A DNA stretch of 63,868 nt, the filler included, from Nitrospinae bacterium RIFCSPLOWO2_12_FULL_45_22 (lineage in GTDB: Bacteria; 2-12-FULL-45-22): the NCBI GenBank assembly GCA_001803565.1. It is 4 parts of 4 records of this genome, joined end to end, with 100 filler letters (N's around TTAATTAATTAA, not from the genome) between each part and the next. Parts side by side here need not be neighbours in the genome. Positions count along the whole stretch, not along the records: positions 37,307 to 55,842 come from MHDQ01000132.1; 3 more parts are not named here. The stretch is one strand, 5' to 3'. Positions 42,069 through 52,392 of this stretch are shown here, piece after piece. Each line of letters begins with the position of its first letter. Positions within the stretch are counted from its first letter, which is position 1. The notes beneath the pieces were generated by a model. The model had not been told where the DNA came from, did not search any database, and saw only the letters and a list, made by a program, of their open reading frames with translations. Both the position numbers and the translations under genes were made by a program.

Positions 42069-42299
42069 CTATTCCTCGTCAGACTCGGATTTTGAGCCCG
42101 GGGTAGGAGATTCAACTCTGATAGTCATTATTGTCCAACCCACCCAGAACCCTAAGCCCAATATGATCAAAAATCCTAACGCCACTGGCATAGCTACAGC
42201 CCAATAACTCTGCCGCAAGATACCCACAATGAATCCCAATCCTACCAATACTGTACCTAAACAGATTAACCCACCGTACAATCTTGAATAATCATTCAT
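42069..42299 (-). CDS. Small two-TM hypothetical protein
   Basis: GGAG RBS, hydrophobic, lies within the operon. Confidence 0.65.
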   Translation of the reverse strand: MNDYSRLYGGLICLGTVLVGLGFIVGILRQSYWAVAMPVALGFLIILGLGFWVGWTIMTIRVESPTPGSKSESDEE

Positions 42300-42324
42300 T
42301 ATTCCTTCTCCTTTCTTAGGTGAG

Positions 42325-43182
42325 TTACTTTAACCGACATCTAGACACCAGGACGTCACTAAAGATAGGGAGCCTGGCTGCAATCTTGTCCAATACTATC
42401 AGGATAGACCAGGCAATAGCCTTAGGGAGCCTCTCTAATACGCTGTGCCAATGAGGCAAATTCCAAAAAAGCGATACTCCTACTACTGACTCAATAATCA
42501 GATATTTCTCCAGGGCCTTTTTTAAGACAAAATAATCAAACTTAAAGGTGTGATCCGCCGGGGGGTCCCAGGGATAACGCTCCTCTTTTTTCTGCTCTAA
42601 AAGGCAATGAAGTTCAGGAGATGGCTGGGTATTGGCCTTGCCATATCCTTCCCAGGGCCTTCTTTGCGAGGACCTTTTGTTGAGTAGACTATGTTTGATC
42701 TTGATATAGATTCTGGCTAAGCGACAGCCCAAGCTCTCATAATTAGTCACTGCGATAATAACCCGACCTGTACTTTTGGTAGCCCCTGCTATCTCTTTGA
42801 TAGCGGCCTCAGGGTCGTAAAAGTGGTCCAGCGCGCCCTTGCAAACCGTCTTATCAAAACTCCTGGCTTTAAAAGGCATATCTTCGCCTATGCCCTGGAC
42901 CAAATAGGCCTTTATTCCCCACCCCTGCAGCCATTCCCGGGCCTTGGCTAACATGATCCTTGAAGGCTCTAATCCTACCAAATAATGCCCATTATTGGCC
43001 ATCTCTCTGGTATCTATCCCCATACCACAGCCTACATCTAGTATCCGGGCTCTCTGATCGTATAGCCCCACGGCATTAAAGGTCTCTTCGACCATCCTTT
43101 GAAAGACAAAACTAGTCGCCAGATCCAATCTGAGAGGTAAGGCATGGGTATCGTCCCATTCTAGGTCAACTCTTTTGCTCAT
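42325..43182 (-). CDS. Class I SAM-dependent methyltransferase
   Basis: LDVGCGMG and KGALDHF motifs. Confidence 0.85.
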   Translation of the reverse strand: MSKRVDLEWDDTHALPLRLDLATSFVFQRMVEETFNAVGLYDQRARILDVGCGMGIDTREMANNGHYLVGLEPSRIMLAKAREWLQGWGIKAYLVQGIGEDMPFKARSFDKTVCKGALDHFYDPEAAIKEIAGATKSTGRVIIAVTNYESLGCRLARIYIKIKHSLLNKRSSQRRPWEGYGKANTQPSPELHCLLEQKKEERYPWDPPADHTFKFDYFVLKKALEKYLIIESVVGVSLFWNLPHWHSVLERLPKAIAWSILIVLDKIAARLPIFSDVLVSRCRLK

Positions 43183-43477
43183 ACTTACTTCAGGTTTTGA
43201 ATAATAATTCAGGTGGGATAAAGGCTCAGATCATGCCTCTGAAGCACAGTAAGACAAACCAAGACCGCCTTCTTATAGCATAAACCAAAGGCCCCGTCAA
43301 CAGGAAAATGACTGGAGTTTATTCTAAAACTCCAGCTATCTACCCTCTTTACTTTTACGGATAGATTTGGTATTTTTGTCTCTGTCTTGCAGCTTAGGCA
43401 AAATACTTAAATCCTTCATTAAGGGACTTGGAGCGGCCAGACTTCCGGGAAGAATTCAGGAATTAGCTAAAGGATTT

Positions 43478-43703
43478 GTAATTACTCAATAAGTTGTGGA
43501 AAATGACCATTGAACCAGACGCGGAGGCGCAAAGTCTTTATAATAATTAACTATTGTCAATTCATTTAGAATACGGATATAATAAATAGTACGGATTAAC
43601 ACCGATAAAAAATTTAAGCAAATCCGTCAAATTTCTGTTATCCGTGTCCTATTTAAGTCCTTCTCCGCGCCTCTGCGGTTACCCCAGGGTATTGAGCAAT
43701 TAC
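43478..43703. mobile_element. Inverted copy of the 59-bp MITE, expanded by two nested REP-like elements; 8-bp target duplication
   Basis: Ends match the reverse complement of 10592-10650. AAGGATTT flanks both sides (43470-43477 and 43704-43711). Confidence 0.82.
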
Positions 43704-43739
43704 AAGGATTTAACCCTGTAAGAGTAGGGAGCTTCCTCC

Positions 43740-44336
43740 ATTTATTCCATAGAAAATAATTTACGGGAGCAAGGTTTTGGCAGAGTAGCTGGGGTAGATG
43801 AGGCAGGAAGGGGGCCTCTGGCAGGACCAGTAGTCGCTGCCGCGGTGATTCTTCCAGAAAAAATATGCTTGAGGGGCTTGAAAGATTCCAAGCAACTCAG
43901 CGCCAGCCAGCGGGAGGAGTTATTTAACCTGATTCGGGAAGGGGCCTCGGCCTGGGGCATAGGCATAGTGCGGCATGAGGCAATAGATCAGATGAATATA
44001 TTAAGAGCCAGTTTGCTGGCTATGGAAAAGGCGGTCTCAAGGCTGGCTATTACCCCTGATTATATCCTGATAGACGGTACCGCCCCGATTAAGACCCTGA
44101 TCCCCCAACTGCCCCTTAAGTATGGCGATACCCTTTGTGCCTCCATAGCCGCTGCTTCTATAATAGCTAAAGTAATCCGTGACCGGGTGATGCGGGTAGT
44201 AGACAAGCTTTATCCTCAATATTGTTTTGCCAAGAATAAGGGCTATGGCACCCAGGAACATCTGACTGCCTTGAGAGAATACGGTCCCTGCCCCTGGCAT
44301 CGCAAGACCTTCCGGGGTGTAAAGGAACTTCTGTAA
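43740..44336 (+). CDS. rnhB: Ribonuclease HII
   Basis: The AGVDEAGRGPLAGPVV motif lies upstream of the called GTG 43845. DSK, AAASIIAKV and HRKTF motifs. Start codon uncertain. Confidence 0.9.
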   Translation: MYSIENNLREQGFGRVAGVDEAGRGPLAGPVVAAAVILPEKICLRGLKDSKQLSASQREELFNLIREGASAWGIGIVRHEAIDQMNILRASLLAMEKAVSRLAITPDYILIDGTAPIKTLIPQLPLKYGDTLCASIAAASIIAKVIRDRVMRVVDKLYPQYCFAKNKGYGTQEHLTALREYGPCPWHRKTFRGVKELL

Positions 44337-44340
44337 ATTT

Positions 44341-44727
44341 ATGGTAGCAGAGCATCTTGAAACCGGGAGAAAAGGTGAAGGGCTAGCCCAGGACTTTTTA
44401 CGCAAAAAGGGCTATAAAATAGTGGCTACTAATTACCGCTGCCCCTTCGGCGAGATAGACTTAATAGCCCAGGATAAGGAGAGTATGGTATTTATAGAGG
44501 TTAAGACCCGAACCAATGAAGATTTTGGCCCACCACAACTGGCTGTTACTGCTAGGAAGCAGAAACAGTTGATAAAGGTTGCCCTGAACTATCTCAAACG
44601 GAATCACCTTCACCAACAAGACTGTCGGTTCGACATAGTAGCTATTAACCTAACCCAGGAAGGGGCCAAAAGGATTGAACTTATCAAAAATGCCTTTTCC
44701 CTCGACCAAACTAAATATTTCTATTAG
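44341..44727 (+). CDS. yraN: YraN family (UPF0102) endonuclease-like protein
   Basis: GEIDLIA, FIEVKTR and RFDIV motifs. Confidence 0.92.
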   Translation: MVAEHLETGRKGEGLAQDFLRKKGYKIVATNYRCPFGEIDLIAQDKESMVFIEVKTRTNEDFGPPQLAVTARKQKQLIKVALNYLKRNHLHQQDCRFDIVAINLTQEGAKRIELIKNAFSLDQTKYFY

Positions 44728-44854
44728 AGATAATTTAAATAATTTCCTTTTTGGACGCAGATAAACACAGATTATTAGGATATAATCCTGAATTAGGCAA
44801 ATATTTATCTGTGCATATCTGCGAAAATCTGTGTCCAAACTAATTAAAGGTATT

Positions 44855-46165
44855 ATGAGAAAAGAAATGGATTTAGAACGAAAGATCAGCGATAGATCGG
44901 CCCTCGTAGCGGTCATAGGACTGGGTTATGTAGGCCTGCCTTTGGCAGTAGAATTTGCTAAGGCCGGGTTTCAGGTGACCGGTATAGATGTGAATCCCTT
45001 AAAGGTCAGGATGATAACTGAGGGAGAGAGCTATATTCAGGATGTGGCTAAGGAAGAGCTAAAGTCCTTAGGGGAGCGCGGGTTGTTGGTGGCCGTCAAC
45101 AATTATGAACCTCTTAAAAAGATGGATACTATCAGTATATGTGTGCCAACACCCCTGAGTAAGACTAAAGACCCGGATATCTCTTGTATAATAGAAGTCA
45201 CTAAGGAAATAAGCAAGGCCCTTCGGCCAGGCCAATTAATTATCCTGGAAAGCACTACCTACCCCGGGACTACTGACGAAGTTGTTTTACCTGAGCTGGA
45301 AGCTAGGGGCCTCAAGGTGGGTAAGGACTTTTTCCTGGCCTTCTCGCCTGAACGGGTTGACCCGGGTAATACGATGTATACGACTAAAAATACCCCTAAG
45401 ATTATTGGTGGTGTTACCCCCCGTTGTGCCCATATGGCTAAGGAACTCTATCAGGTGGCGGTAGAAAAAGTAGTCTTAGTAAGCTCTACCAAGAGCGCCG
45501 AGATGGTAAAATTGCTGGAGAATACCTTCCGGGCGGTAAATATTGCCCTGGTTAATGAAGTAGCCCTTATGTGCCACCGACTTGGGATTGATGTCTGGGA
45601 AGTTATTGATGCTGCGGCTACTAAGCCCTTTGGCTTCATGCCTTTTTATCCGGGACCTGGTCTGGGTGGTCATTGTATCCCTATTGACCCTCATTATCTG
45701 GCCTGGAAATTGAAGACCCTGGACTATAAGGCCCGATTTATTGAGTTAGCCAGTGAGATCAATACCAATATGCCTTATTATGTGGTTAATAAAGTTGCTG
45801 ATGCCTTGAACAGTTTCCAAAAAAGCGTCAATGGCTCCAGGATCCTGGTCCTGGGCATTGGCTATAAACGGGATATAGACGATATCAGAGAGTCTCCCGC
45901 CCTGGATATTATTCAGCTCTTGCAGGAAAAATCTGCCCGGGTTTTTTATCATGACCCCTATATACATCAGTTGGATGAAGGGCTGGGAGTCAAGTACACC
46001 CCCTTAGAAGAAAAGATAGTGAGAGAGGTAGACTGTGTCGTAATTGTCACGGATCATTCTCAGTATGATTATCAATGGCTAGTAGATAATGCCCGGCTTG
46101 TTATTGATACCCGCAATGCCACCAAAGGCGTCCAGAACGGCCAGGAAAAAATCGTTAAGCTATAG
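44855..46165 (+). CDS. UDP-N-acetylhexosamine 6-dehydrogenase (WbpA/WbpO-like)
   Basis: GLGYVGLP, ICVPTP, ESTTYPG and GPGLGGHCIP motifs. Confidence 0.92.
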   Translation: MRKEMDLERKISDRSALVAVIGLGYVGLPLAVEFAKAGFQVTGIDVNPLKVRMITEGESYIQDVAKEELKSLGERGLLVAVNNYEPLKKMDTISICVPTPLSKTKDPDISCIIEVTKEISKALRPGQLIILESTTYPGTTDEVVLPELEARGLKVGKDFFLAFSPERVDPGNTMYTTKNTPKIIGGVTPRCAHMAKELYQVAVEKVVLVSSTKSAEMVKLLENTFRAVNIALVNEVALMCHRLGIDVWEVIDAAATKPFGFMPFYPGPGLGGHCIPIDPHYLAWKLKTLDYKARFIELASEINTNMPYYVVNKVADALNSFQKSVNGSRILVLGIGYKRDIDDIRESPALDIIQLLQEKSARVFYHDPYIHQLDEGLGVKYTPLEEKIVREVDCVVIVTDHSQYDYQWLVDNARLVIDTRNATKGVQNGQEKIVKL

Positions 46166-46267
46166 CCCTGACGTTAGCTTTCAACGGTGATGAATCCAGG
46201 AGTCAGAAGGACAAAGTAGCTTTTATTCTGGCTACTGAATTCTGAGTTCTAATTTAAGGGAGATATT

Positions 46268-47662
46268 ATGAAGGTACTGTTTATATATCCCGATATTAAA
46301 TCGGGAAACTTTAAGAGCTTTCACTTCGGTATTGGCTCTATTGCAGCGGTTCTGAAAGAGGCCGGTCACGAAGTATCATTATTATATTTGCAAGACGAAC
46401 TGAAGAACGAAGAATTAGTGAAGAGGGTCAAAGAAGTCAATCCCGGCCTAATAGCCTTTTCTACTGGCACGCAGCAATGGCGGTATGTAAAGGAATACAG
46501 CCAGGCCCTTAAAACCGCCCTGGCTACCCCTATTATCTGTGGTGGTAACCATGCAACTCTAGCACCGGATGAAGTAATTGCTAATGGAAGCATAGATTGG
46601 GCCTGTGTAGGCGAAGGGGAGCTGGCCATGTTAGAGTTGGTGGCTAGGCTAGAGAAGGGGGAACCGGTTAAGGATATTGCCAATATCTGGCAAAGGACTA
46701 AAAAGAAGGTAATAAAGAATACCCCGCGGCCATTAATTGACGATTTAAACCCCTTACCCTTTCCTGAGCGGGATATTTTCCAGTGTGATAAGTTGTTAAA
46801 AGATAATGGCTATTATTTGACCGTAATGGCGGGCAGGGGTTGCCCTTATGCCTGCACCTATTGCTGCAACCCTGCCTTTAACCGCCTCTATGATGGGCAG
46901 GGGAGAGTTGTTAGAACGCGATCTCCTGAGAGGGTTATAGAAGAAATAACCGATCTACGGAGCCGGTATCGCATAGAGCTAATAGATTTTATGGATGAAG
47001 TTTTTCCCTTTAAAAGGGATTGGCTAACCCAATTCTGTCAGCTTTATTCCGAGAAAGTTCGGCTCCCTTTTCACCTGATGATCAGGCCAGAGATGGCCCA
47101 GAAAGGGAAGCTGAAACTATTGAAAGAAGCAGGCTGTGAGCAGGTTCGTATCGGAGTAGAATCGGGCAATGAAGAGTTCAGACGCACCCTCTTAAATCGT
47201 AATGTATCCAATAAAGATATTATTAAGGCCTTTGAGGAGGCCGACAAGCTCGGCCTAAAGACCTATTCTTTTAATATAGTGGGCCTGCCGGACGAAACCC
47301 CCGCCCTGATCCGCGATACTATAGCCCTGAATAAACTGATAAGGCCTAATCATATCCAGGTCTCGGTCTTTTATCCCTATCCCGGGACAGAGCTATATCG
47401 GCTCTGTCAGGAAAAAGGGTATTTTACCGGGGAGGAGCGGACTTCGTTCTTTGCCAACAAGTCTGTCCTCCAGATGCCCACCATTTCTACCAAAGAGATT
47501 GCCAGGCACTATAAAAGATTTGTACTTACGGCTTTACTAATAAAACTAAGGAAAGAAAAAATAGGATTGATCATTAATATATTAAAAACCTTCTTCAGGA
47601 GCCAGGGTAAATGGGGTCTTATCCGACATTATTATAAAGCCCTCCTTTTAGCCTTTAAATAA
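46268..47662 (+). CDS. Cobalamin-binding (class B) radical SAM protein
   Basis: GGNHAT and GEGE motifs, and RGCPYACTYC. Confidence 0.9.
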   Translation: MKVLFIYPDIKSGNFKSFHFGIGSIAAVLKEAGHEVSLLYLQDELKNEELVKRVKEVNPGLIAFSTGTQQWRYVKEYSQALKTALATPIICGGNHATLAPDEVIANGSIDWACVGEGELAMLELVARLEKGEPVKDIANIWQRTKKKVIKNTPRPLIDDLNPLPFPERDIFQCDKLLKDNGYYLTVMAGRGCPYACTYCCNPAFNRLYDGQGRVVRTRSPERVIEEITDLRSRYRIELIDFMDEVFPFKRDWLTQFCQLYSEKVRLPFHLMIRPEMAQKGKLKLLKEAGCEQVRIGVESGNEEFRRTLLNRNVSNKDIIKAFEEADKLGLKTYSFNIVGLPDETPALIRDTIALNKLIRPNHIQVSVFYPYPGTELYRLCQEKGYFTGEERTSFFANKSVLQMPTISTKEIARHYKRFVLTALLIKLRKEKIGLIINILKTFFRSQGKWGLIRHYYKALLLAFK

Positions 47663-47949
47663 GAGAACCCCAAATTATGCACCGCAGACGCAAAGTTCAG
47701 TAAGGAGTAAGCCGTGAGGAGTATCTGCTAGTACTTCGTTACATTAAAATGTTTTCACTGCGTAACCAAGCCTTTGCCACAAAGTCACGAAGACACAAAA
47801 TTCCTAATTCATTGTTTTTAAGTTTTTAAAGAAAAAATAACTCTTTGAGCCTTAGTGCCTTTGTGGCTAACACAAGGTTTTATTGTATACTTTTTAATGA
47901 AACGGTCTGCTAGCTGCTTACTGCTCACTCCCAAGAGGGGGGATTAGTA

Positions 47950-48906
47950 TTGAGAAAAAAGCTGGAAAAGAAGCTGATCAAGCTATTAGGCCAAAGTAGC
48001 GCGCTGGTATTAAGACAGCCCCGTTTAGCCCACCATATCCCCTTTAATATCCACAATACTAGAGAGCTCTACTCGGAGCTTTCGAACCAGCTATGTTGTG
48101 TCCTGGGCCGAGCAGTATCCTATCGGCTGCGGAGCATAATTGTCGAGCCTACTAATACCTGCAACTTGCGCTGCCTGACCTGTCCGGTCAATGTAGACTT
48201 AAAAAGAGAAAAGGGGTTTATGGAATTTACCCTCTTTAAGAAGATAGTGGATGATAATCCCCATTTAGATTTTCTCCATCTCACTTTTGCCGGTGAGCCC
48301 CTCTTACACCCCAGGGTAATGGATATGATCAGTTATGCTAAATCCCACGGGGTCAGGGTAGGGTTGGTCACGAACGCCACCTTATTGGATAAGTTAGTGA
48401 CCCAACAACTATTGGATAGTGGCCTGGATGTAATAACCTTTTCGGTTGATGGTGTAGACGATACTTTTGAGCGGGTACGGGGGGTCAATTATAAGGCTAT
48501 CGAAACAAAGATATTAGATTTTATTGCGGCTGGTAAGGCCCAGGGTAATCCAGTAAAGACCGAAGTATCTATGGTCTTGTTTCACGAGACCCTGCCCTAC
48601 GTAGAATCATTTCAAAAAAGCTGGGAGGGGAGAGTAGACTGGGTAAATATTCAGCCCCAGATAGGCTTTGAAAAAATACCACGGAATAGGCGCTGCCGGA
48701 ATCTCTGGCGGACCCTGGCGGTCTATTGGGATGGCAGGGTAGTACCCTGCTGCGTAGATTATGAAGGGGCCTGGGTACTAGGTGATGCCCGGCAAGAGAG
48801 CCTTTCTAAGATCTTTAATGGTCCACGGATACAGGCTTTACGGCAGAGACATGCTGCAGGCCGTTTTGACTCGATATGTGAGTATTGCAGCCCATTTTTT
48901 GGCTAG
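47950..48906 (+). CDS. Radical SAM protein with twitch/SPASM C-terminus
   Basis: CNLRCLTC and GEP motifs. C-terminal C...DGxVxPCCxD...CxxC. Confidence 0.88.
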   Translation: MRKKLEKKLIKLLGQSSALVLRQPRLAHHIPFNIHNTRELYSELSNQLCCVLGRAVSYRLRSIIVEPTNTCNLRCLTCPVNVDLKREKGFMEFTLFKKIVDDNPHLDFLHLTFAGEPLLHPRVMDMISYAKSHGVRVGLVTNATLLDKLVTQQLLDSGLDVITFSVDGVDDTFERVRGVNYKAIETKILDFIAAGKAQGNPVKTEVSMVLFHETLPYVESFQKSWEGRVDWVNIQPQIGFEKIPRNRRCRNLWRTLAVYWDGRVVPCCVDYEGAWVLGDARQESLSKIFNGPRIQALRQRHAAGRFDSICEYCSPFFG

Positions 48907-48996
48907 CCCCCAGAGCCACCACTCAGGGTACCCAGGAGCCGAACCCAGGGCAGGATAAGGAGACATTATATCACTCAAATTATCCCGGAGCGTGAT

Positions 48997-49515
48997 ATGA
49001 CCGATCAATATATTGAAATAATTCAAGGCGATATTACCAAAGTTGAAGTTGATGCCATTGTAAATGCGGCCAACAAGACTCTTCTGGGAGGTGGTGGGGT
49101 TGACGGCGCTATCCATCGGGCGGCAGGTCCGAAGCTTTTAGAAGAATGCAGTACCTTAGGAGGATGTGAAACAGGAGAGGCAAAGATTACCAGAGGGTAT
49201 AATCTGCCGGCCAAATTTGTGATTCATACCGTGGGGCCGATCTGGCACGAAGGAAAAAGCAATGAAGCCGAGCTTCTGAGGAATTGTTATCTTAATTCCC
49301 TGAAGCTGGCCGAGGAGCACGGCCTAAAAACAATTGCCTTTCCCGCTATCTCTACTGGAGCTTACGGATACCCTATTGAAGAAGCGGCAAAGATAGCCAT
49401 AAAGGCCGTAAGAGATTATCTTAAAAATTCCAAAATAGAGAAAGCTATCCTTGTGCTTTTTAGTGACAGAGACCGTCAAGTTTATGAAAGAACCATGAAA
49501 CAGGTTTACGGCTAA
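48997..49515 (+). CDS. Macro domain O-acetyl-ADP-ribose deacetylase (YmdB-like)
   Basis: [18 protein letters not shown] and ISTGAYG motifs. Confidence 0.93.
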   Translation: MTDQYIEIIQGDITKVEVDAIVNAANKTLLGGGGVDGAIHRAAGPKLLEECSTLGGCETGEAKITRGYNLPAKFVIHTVGPIWHEGKSNEAELLRNCYLNSLKLAEEHGLKTIAFPAISTGAYGYPIEEAAKIAIKAVRDYLKNSKIEKAILVLFSDRDRQVYERTMKQVYG

Positions 49516-49565
49516 TTAAAATTCCCTCATTATGGCTAATTCAGTGTCGCTTACTTTCTCTAATT

Positions 49566-49765
49566 GTAACCGTTCAGCCACCAAGGCACTAAGTCACCAA
49601 GAAGCTCAAAACTTAAAATGCAAAGTCTAAAATTAAGGTAATTATTCCTCCCTGCCTGTGCGGTGCACGCAGACAGGAGCTTTGCACTTTTAGCTTTGCG
49701 TTTTACATTTCCTTGGTGCCCTTGTGTCTTAGTGGCTGATAAAGCTTAGCCGGGTGAACGGTTAC
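49566..49765. mobile_element. GTAACCGTTCA...TGAACGGTTAC MITE with nested repeats
   Basis: Terminal inverted repeats enclose GCCAC/GTGGC arms, heptamer arrays and a CCTGCCTGTG...AGACAGG insert. Confidence 0.78.
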
Positions 49766-49769
49766 AATC

Positions 49770-49878
49770 GCCTAACAAGCGGATTGAGTTGACGGCGTAC
49801 ACTCTGTGCGCCGTTTTGTTTTTAGAGACTCACAAGGTGTCTTTCAACTTCCGCCGCAACTCATCCTAATCGTTGCTA
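49770..49878 (+). mobile_element. Solitary attC-like site
   Basis: GCCTAAC-aagcggattgagttgacggcg...cgccgcaactcatcctaatc-GTT with extrahelical-base asymmetry. Confidence 0.7.
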
Positions 49879-50157
49879 TCTAAGGTAAAGAATTCCGGCA
49901 GTAACCCATACCTCTAAAGGTTTTGCATAAAGTGCGGATTACTACGAGAAAGCTGCCCCCAAGGAATTAAGCAATCCATTAGGTCTATCCCCTAATGTCG
50001 TCAGAAGGTGTGATATTTGCCCCCCACTAATTCTGCGCGGGCTTCACATTATCTTTTTGATTATTACCTACACCAGCCTTTGTAGAGATACCAGATCTAT
50101 TGTGAATTGTTGTACTGATCGAGCAAGTTAATCTAAGGAGCACCAATGGGGTGAGTT

Positions 50158-51381
50158 TCAAGGATAACTTCGTTCTGCTTCCTTTAACTGAGGGGTTATC
50201 AAAGCCCTTTCTGCCCGAGCTATCTCGTCCAGAAAGGCTTGATATTTTTTTTCTATGATAGGCCAGGAATAATTCTCTTTTACATAGCCTTCTCCATTGA
50301 TGGCTAACTGCTCCCCCAGGCGTTTATCCCGTAATAATCGCTCCAGAACAATCCTAAATTCGTCATAACTGTAATAAAACAACCCACCATTACTACGCAG
50401 GCATTGCCCCTTCAATACTGCGCACTTCCCATTAACGATAACGGGTGTCCGGGTCAGCCAACTCTCTAACAAAAGAATAGAGAAGCTTTCATAAGGCGAG
50501 GGCATGACTGCAGCCGCAGCCGCCTGGAGGGCATCAAACTTGTCTTCTTCAGACAGTTGTCCTAGATAGATGATATTAGGATGTTGAGGAATAGGCATAA
50601 TGGCATTACCTATCAAGACCAATTTCAGGGGGCTATTAGTCTCGCGCTGGTAACGGAGAAAGTAATAAACTATCTCCTGGCACCCTTTAGACTTATCAAC
50701 CCGGCCTACATAGATAATAAATTCTTCTTCTAAGCTATATTTACTCCTGAATCTCTGGCCATTAAAGTCTTTGGGCGGGTCAACTCCTACCCCGATAGTC
50801 TCTGAAGGGATATGATGATTATTGAACCGTTTCCACACCAGATCTGCTTCTTCAGGTGTAGAATAGATAATGGCTTTGGGGAGCAAAAAAAGCTCGTCGA
50901 ATATACTAAGATAGAGGGGTGGCTCATCATGGCCCAGGGGGATTAGGAGGGCCTTTTCTTTTACCCGGCGCAGGCCATAGTAGGTATGGGCATAGAGATA
51001 GGTGACAAAGATAAAAAAATCATATTCGCTGGCCCTTGCCTCTAAAGCCTGTTGCAGGGAAGAGGAACATGGGCCCTGTAGTTCCATCCAGCGCTCTTCT
51101 TCCTCTTTGGTATGTTCACTACCATAAATCTTTTGGGTTAACTGGTCAAAGGCCTTTATGTCGCGGGGATTATCTACCGGAAAGCGCCAGACTGTTATGC
51201 CATTAACCTCCCCTTTACCTTCAGGATACTCATTCCGCCAGCTCATATAATCTATGGCACAGGTAGTAAATACCTCAATAGTCCAGTATTTGCTGAGATG
51301 TTCTGCCAGGAGCCGACAGAGAAACTCTGCCCCACCCGTAACTTCTAAACCGTAGCGCTGAACTACAAAAGCAATCCTCAA
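50158..51381 (-). CDS. Glycosyltransferase family 4
   Basis: VQRYG..GGAE, YVGRVD..KG and PSPYESFS motifs. Confidence 0.9.
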   Translation of the reverse strand: MRIAFVVQRYGLEVTGGAEFLCRLLAEHLSKYWTIEVFTTCAIDYMSWRNEYPEGKGEVNGITVWRFPVDNPRDIKAFDQLTQKIYGSEHTKEEEERWMELQGPCSSSLQQALEARASEYDFFIFVTYLYAHTYYGLRRVKEKALLIPLGHDEPPLYLSIFDELFLLPKAIIYSTPEEADLVWKRFNNHHIPSETIGVGVDPPKDFNGQRFRSKYSLEEEFIIYVGRVDKSKGCQEIVYYFLRYQRETNSPLKLVLIGNAIMPIPQHPNIIYLGQLSEEDKFDALQAAAAAVMPSPYESFSILLLESWLTRTPVIVNGKCAVLKGQCLRSNGGLFYYSYDEFRIVLERLLRDKRLGEQLAINGEGYVKENYSWPIIEKKYQAFLDEIARAERALITPQLKEAERSYP

Positions 51382-51887
51382 CCCTGGTCCTTGCTCCCCT
51401 CAGGATTATCCAACCTTTGCTCCAGGATTTTACTGCGATCTTCTAGCGCCTGGCAGCGGTTCTTCAAGGCCTGATTTTCTGCCAGGAGCTTTTCTATTTC
51501 CTCCCGCAAAAAATTTATAAAGGCAGCTACTTGCCGATTAAATCTTACCTGCTTATGAAAAAACACACCCACCATGAATTGCACCGGTGATATCAAGAGT
51601 CGTTTACTCAGGACAATAAATCTCCCCAGCAACGGTCTATGTGATGTTATGCTATGCTCTCTGGTTATATCGGCGTACTCATTAAGCATCTTGAGATGGT
51701 ACAGGAATTTATCTTTGATAGGGATATTATCCGCTGCCGGTTGAATAGTAAGATTTTTTATCCTCTCGATCTCCGCCTCAGTATAGAGTCCCAGGGCTTT
51801 TTTTTGCTCTATCCGGCTCTGGATTTGCTGGATTAATGTCTTCAGATTAATGGTATTATCTCTTGTGGAGAATGTCTCACCCTTCAT
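51378..51887 (-). CDS. Coiled-coil hypothetical protein associated with glycosyltransferases
   Basis: ITSHRP..G...K...Q..FN pattern; overlaps the start of the GT4 gene. Confidence 0.65.
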   Translation of the reverse strand: MKGETFSTRDNTINLKTLIQQIQSRIEQKKALGLYTEAEIERIKNLTIQPAADNIPIKDKFLYHLKMLNEYADITREHSITSHRPLLGRFIVLSKRLLISPVQFMVGVFFHKQVRFNRQVAAFINFLREEIEKLLAENQALKNRCQALEDRSKILEQRLDNPEGSKDQG

Positions 51888-52182
51888 GGCTCAGCCTTTG
51901 TCGCGATCCAGTCCTTAACTCTTCCCGCATATTTCCGCAGACGATAACTATTTTATATAAGGAAAATTCCTATCCTTCCTGGCTACTCATTTTATTGGCC
52001 AAGTCTATATCATGTCAAGCGTTATTCGCAGGCTAAAGCCTGCACCTACCAATTTTTACCCCCGTAACTGAGGCGCTACCTGAATTGGGGAGGGAAAGAT
52101 TTTGGAGCTTGTTTTTATCTAATAATAAAGCTATTATATTGCTACAGTCTGTAAAATGTAAGATGAGTAAGGAGGAGAGAAG

Positions 52183-52374
52183 ATGTGTGATACTAATGTT
52201 TTTCTTTGGCAGGGTAATAAAGAAGAGATACTATTGCGGGAGGTGACCAAGGTCAAGCGGAAAGAGGGAAAACTTTACCTGAGTACCCTCTTCGGTGAAG
52301 AACGGGTCGTGGAAGCAGAGATAGAAGAGATTGATCTTTTAGGCCATAAGATTTTGTTGCGAGAGATCAGTTAA
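52183..52374 (+). CDS. cooT: CooT family nickel-binding protein
   Basis: N-terminal MC, LFGE and C-terminal H motif; 63 aa. Confidence 0.8.
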   Translation: MCDTNVFLWQGNKEEILLREVTKVKRKEGKLYLSTLFGEERVVEAEIEEIDLLGHKILLREIS

Positions 52375-52392
52375 TCTAGAAAAGGAGAGTTT

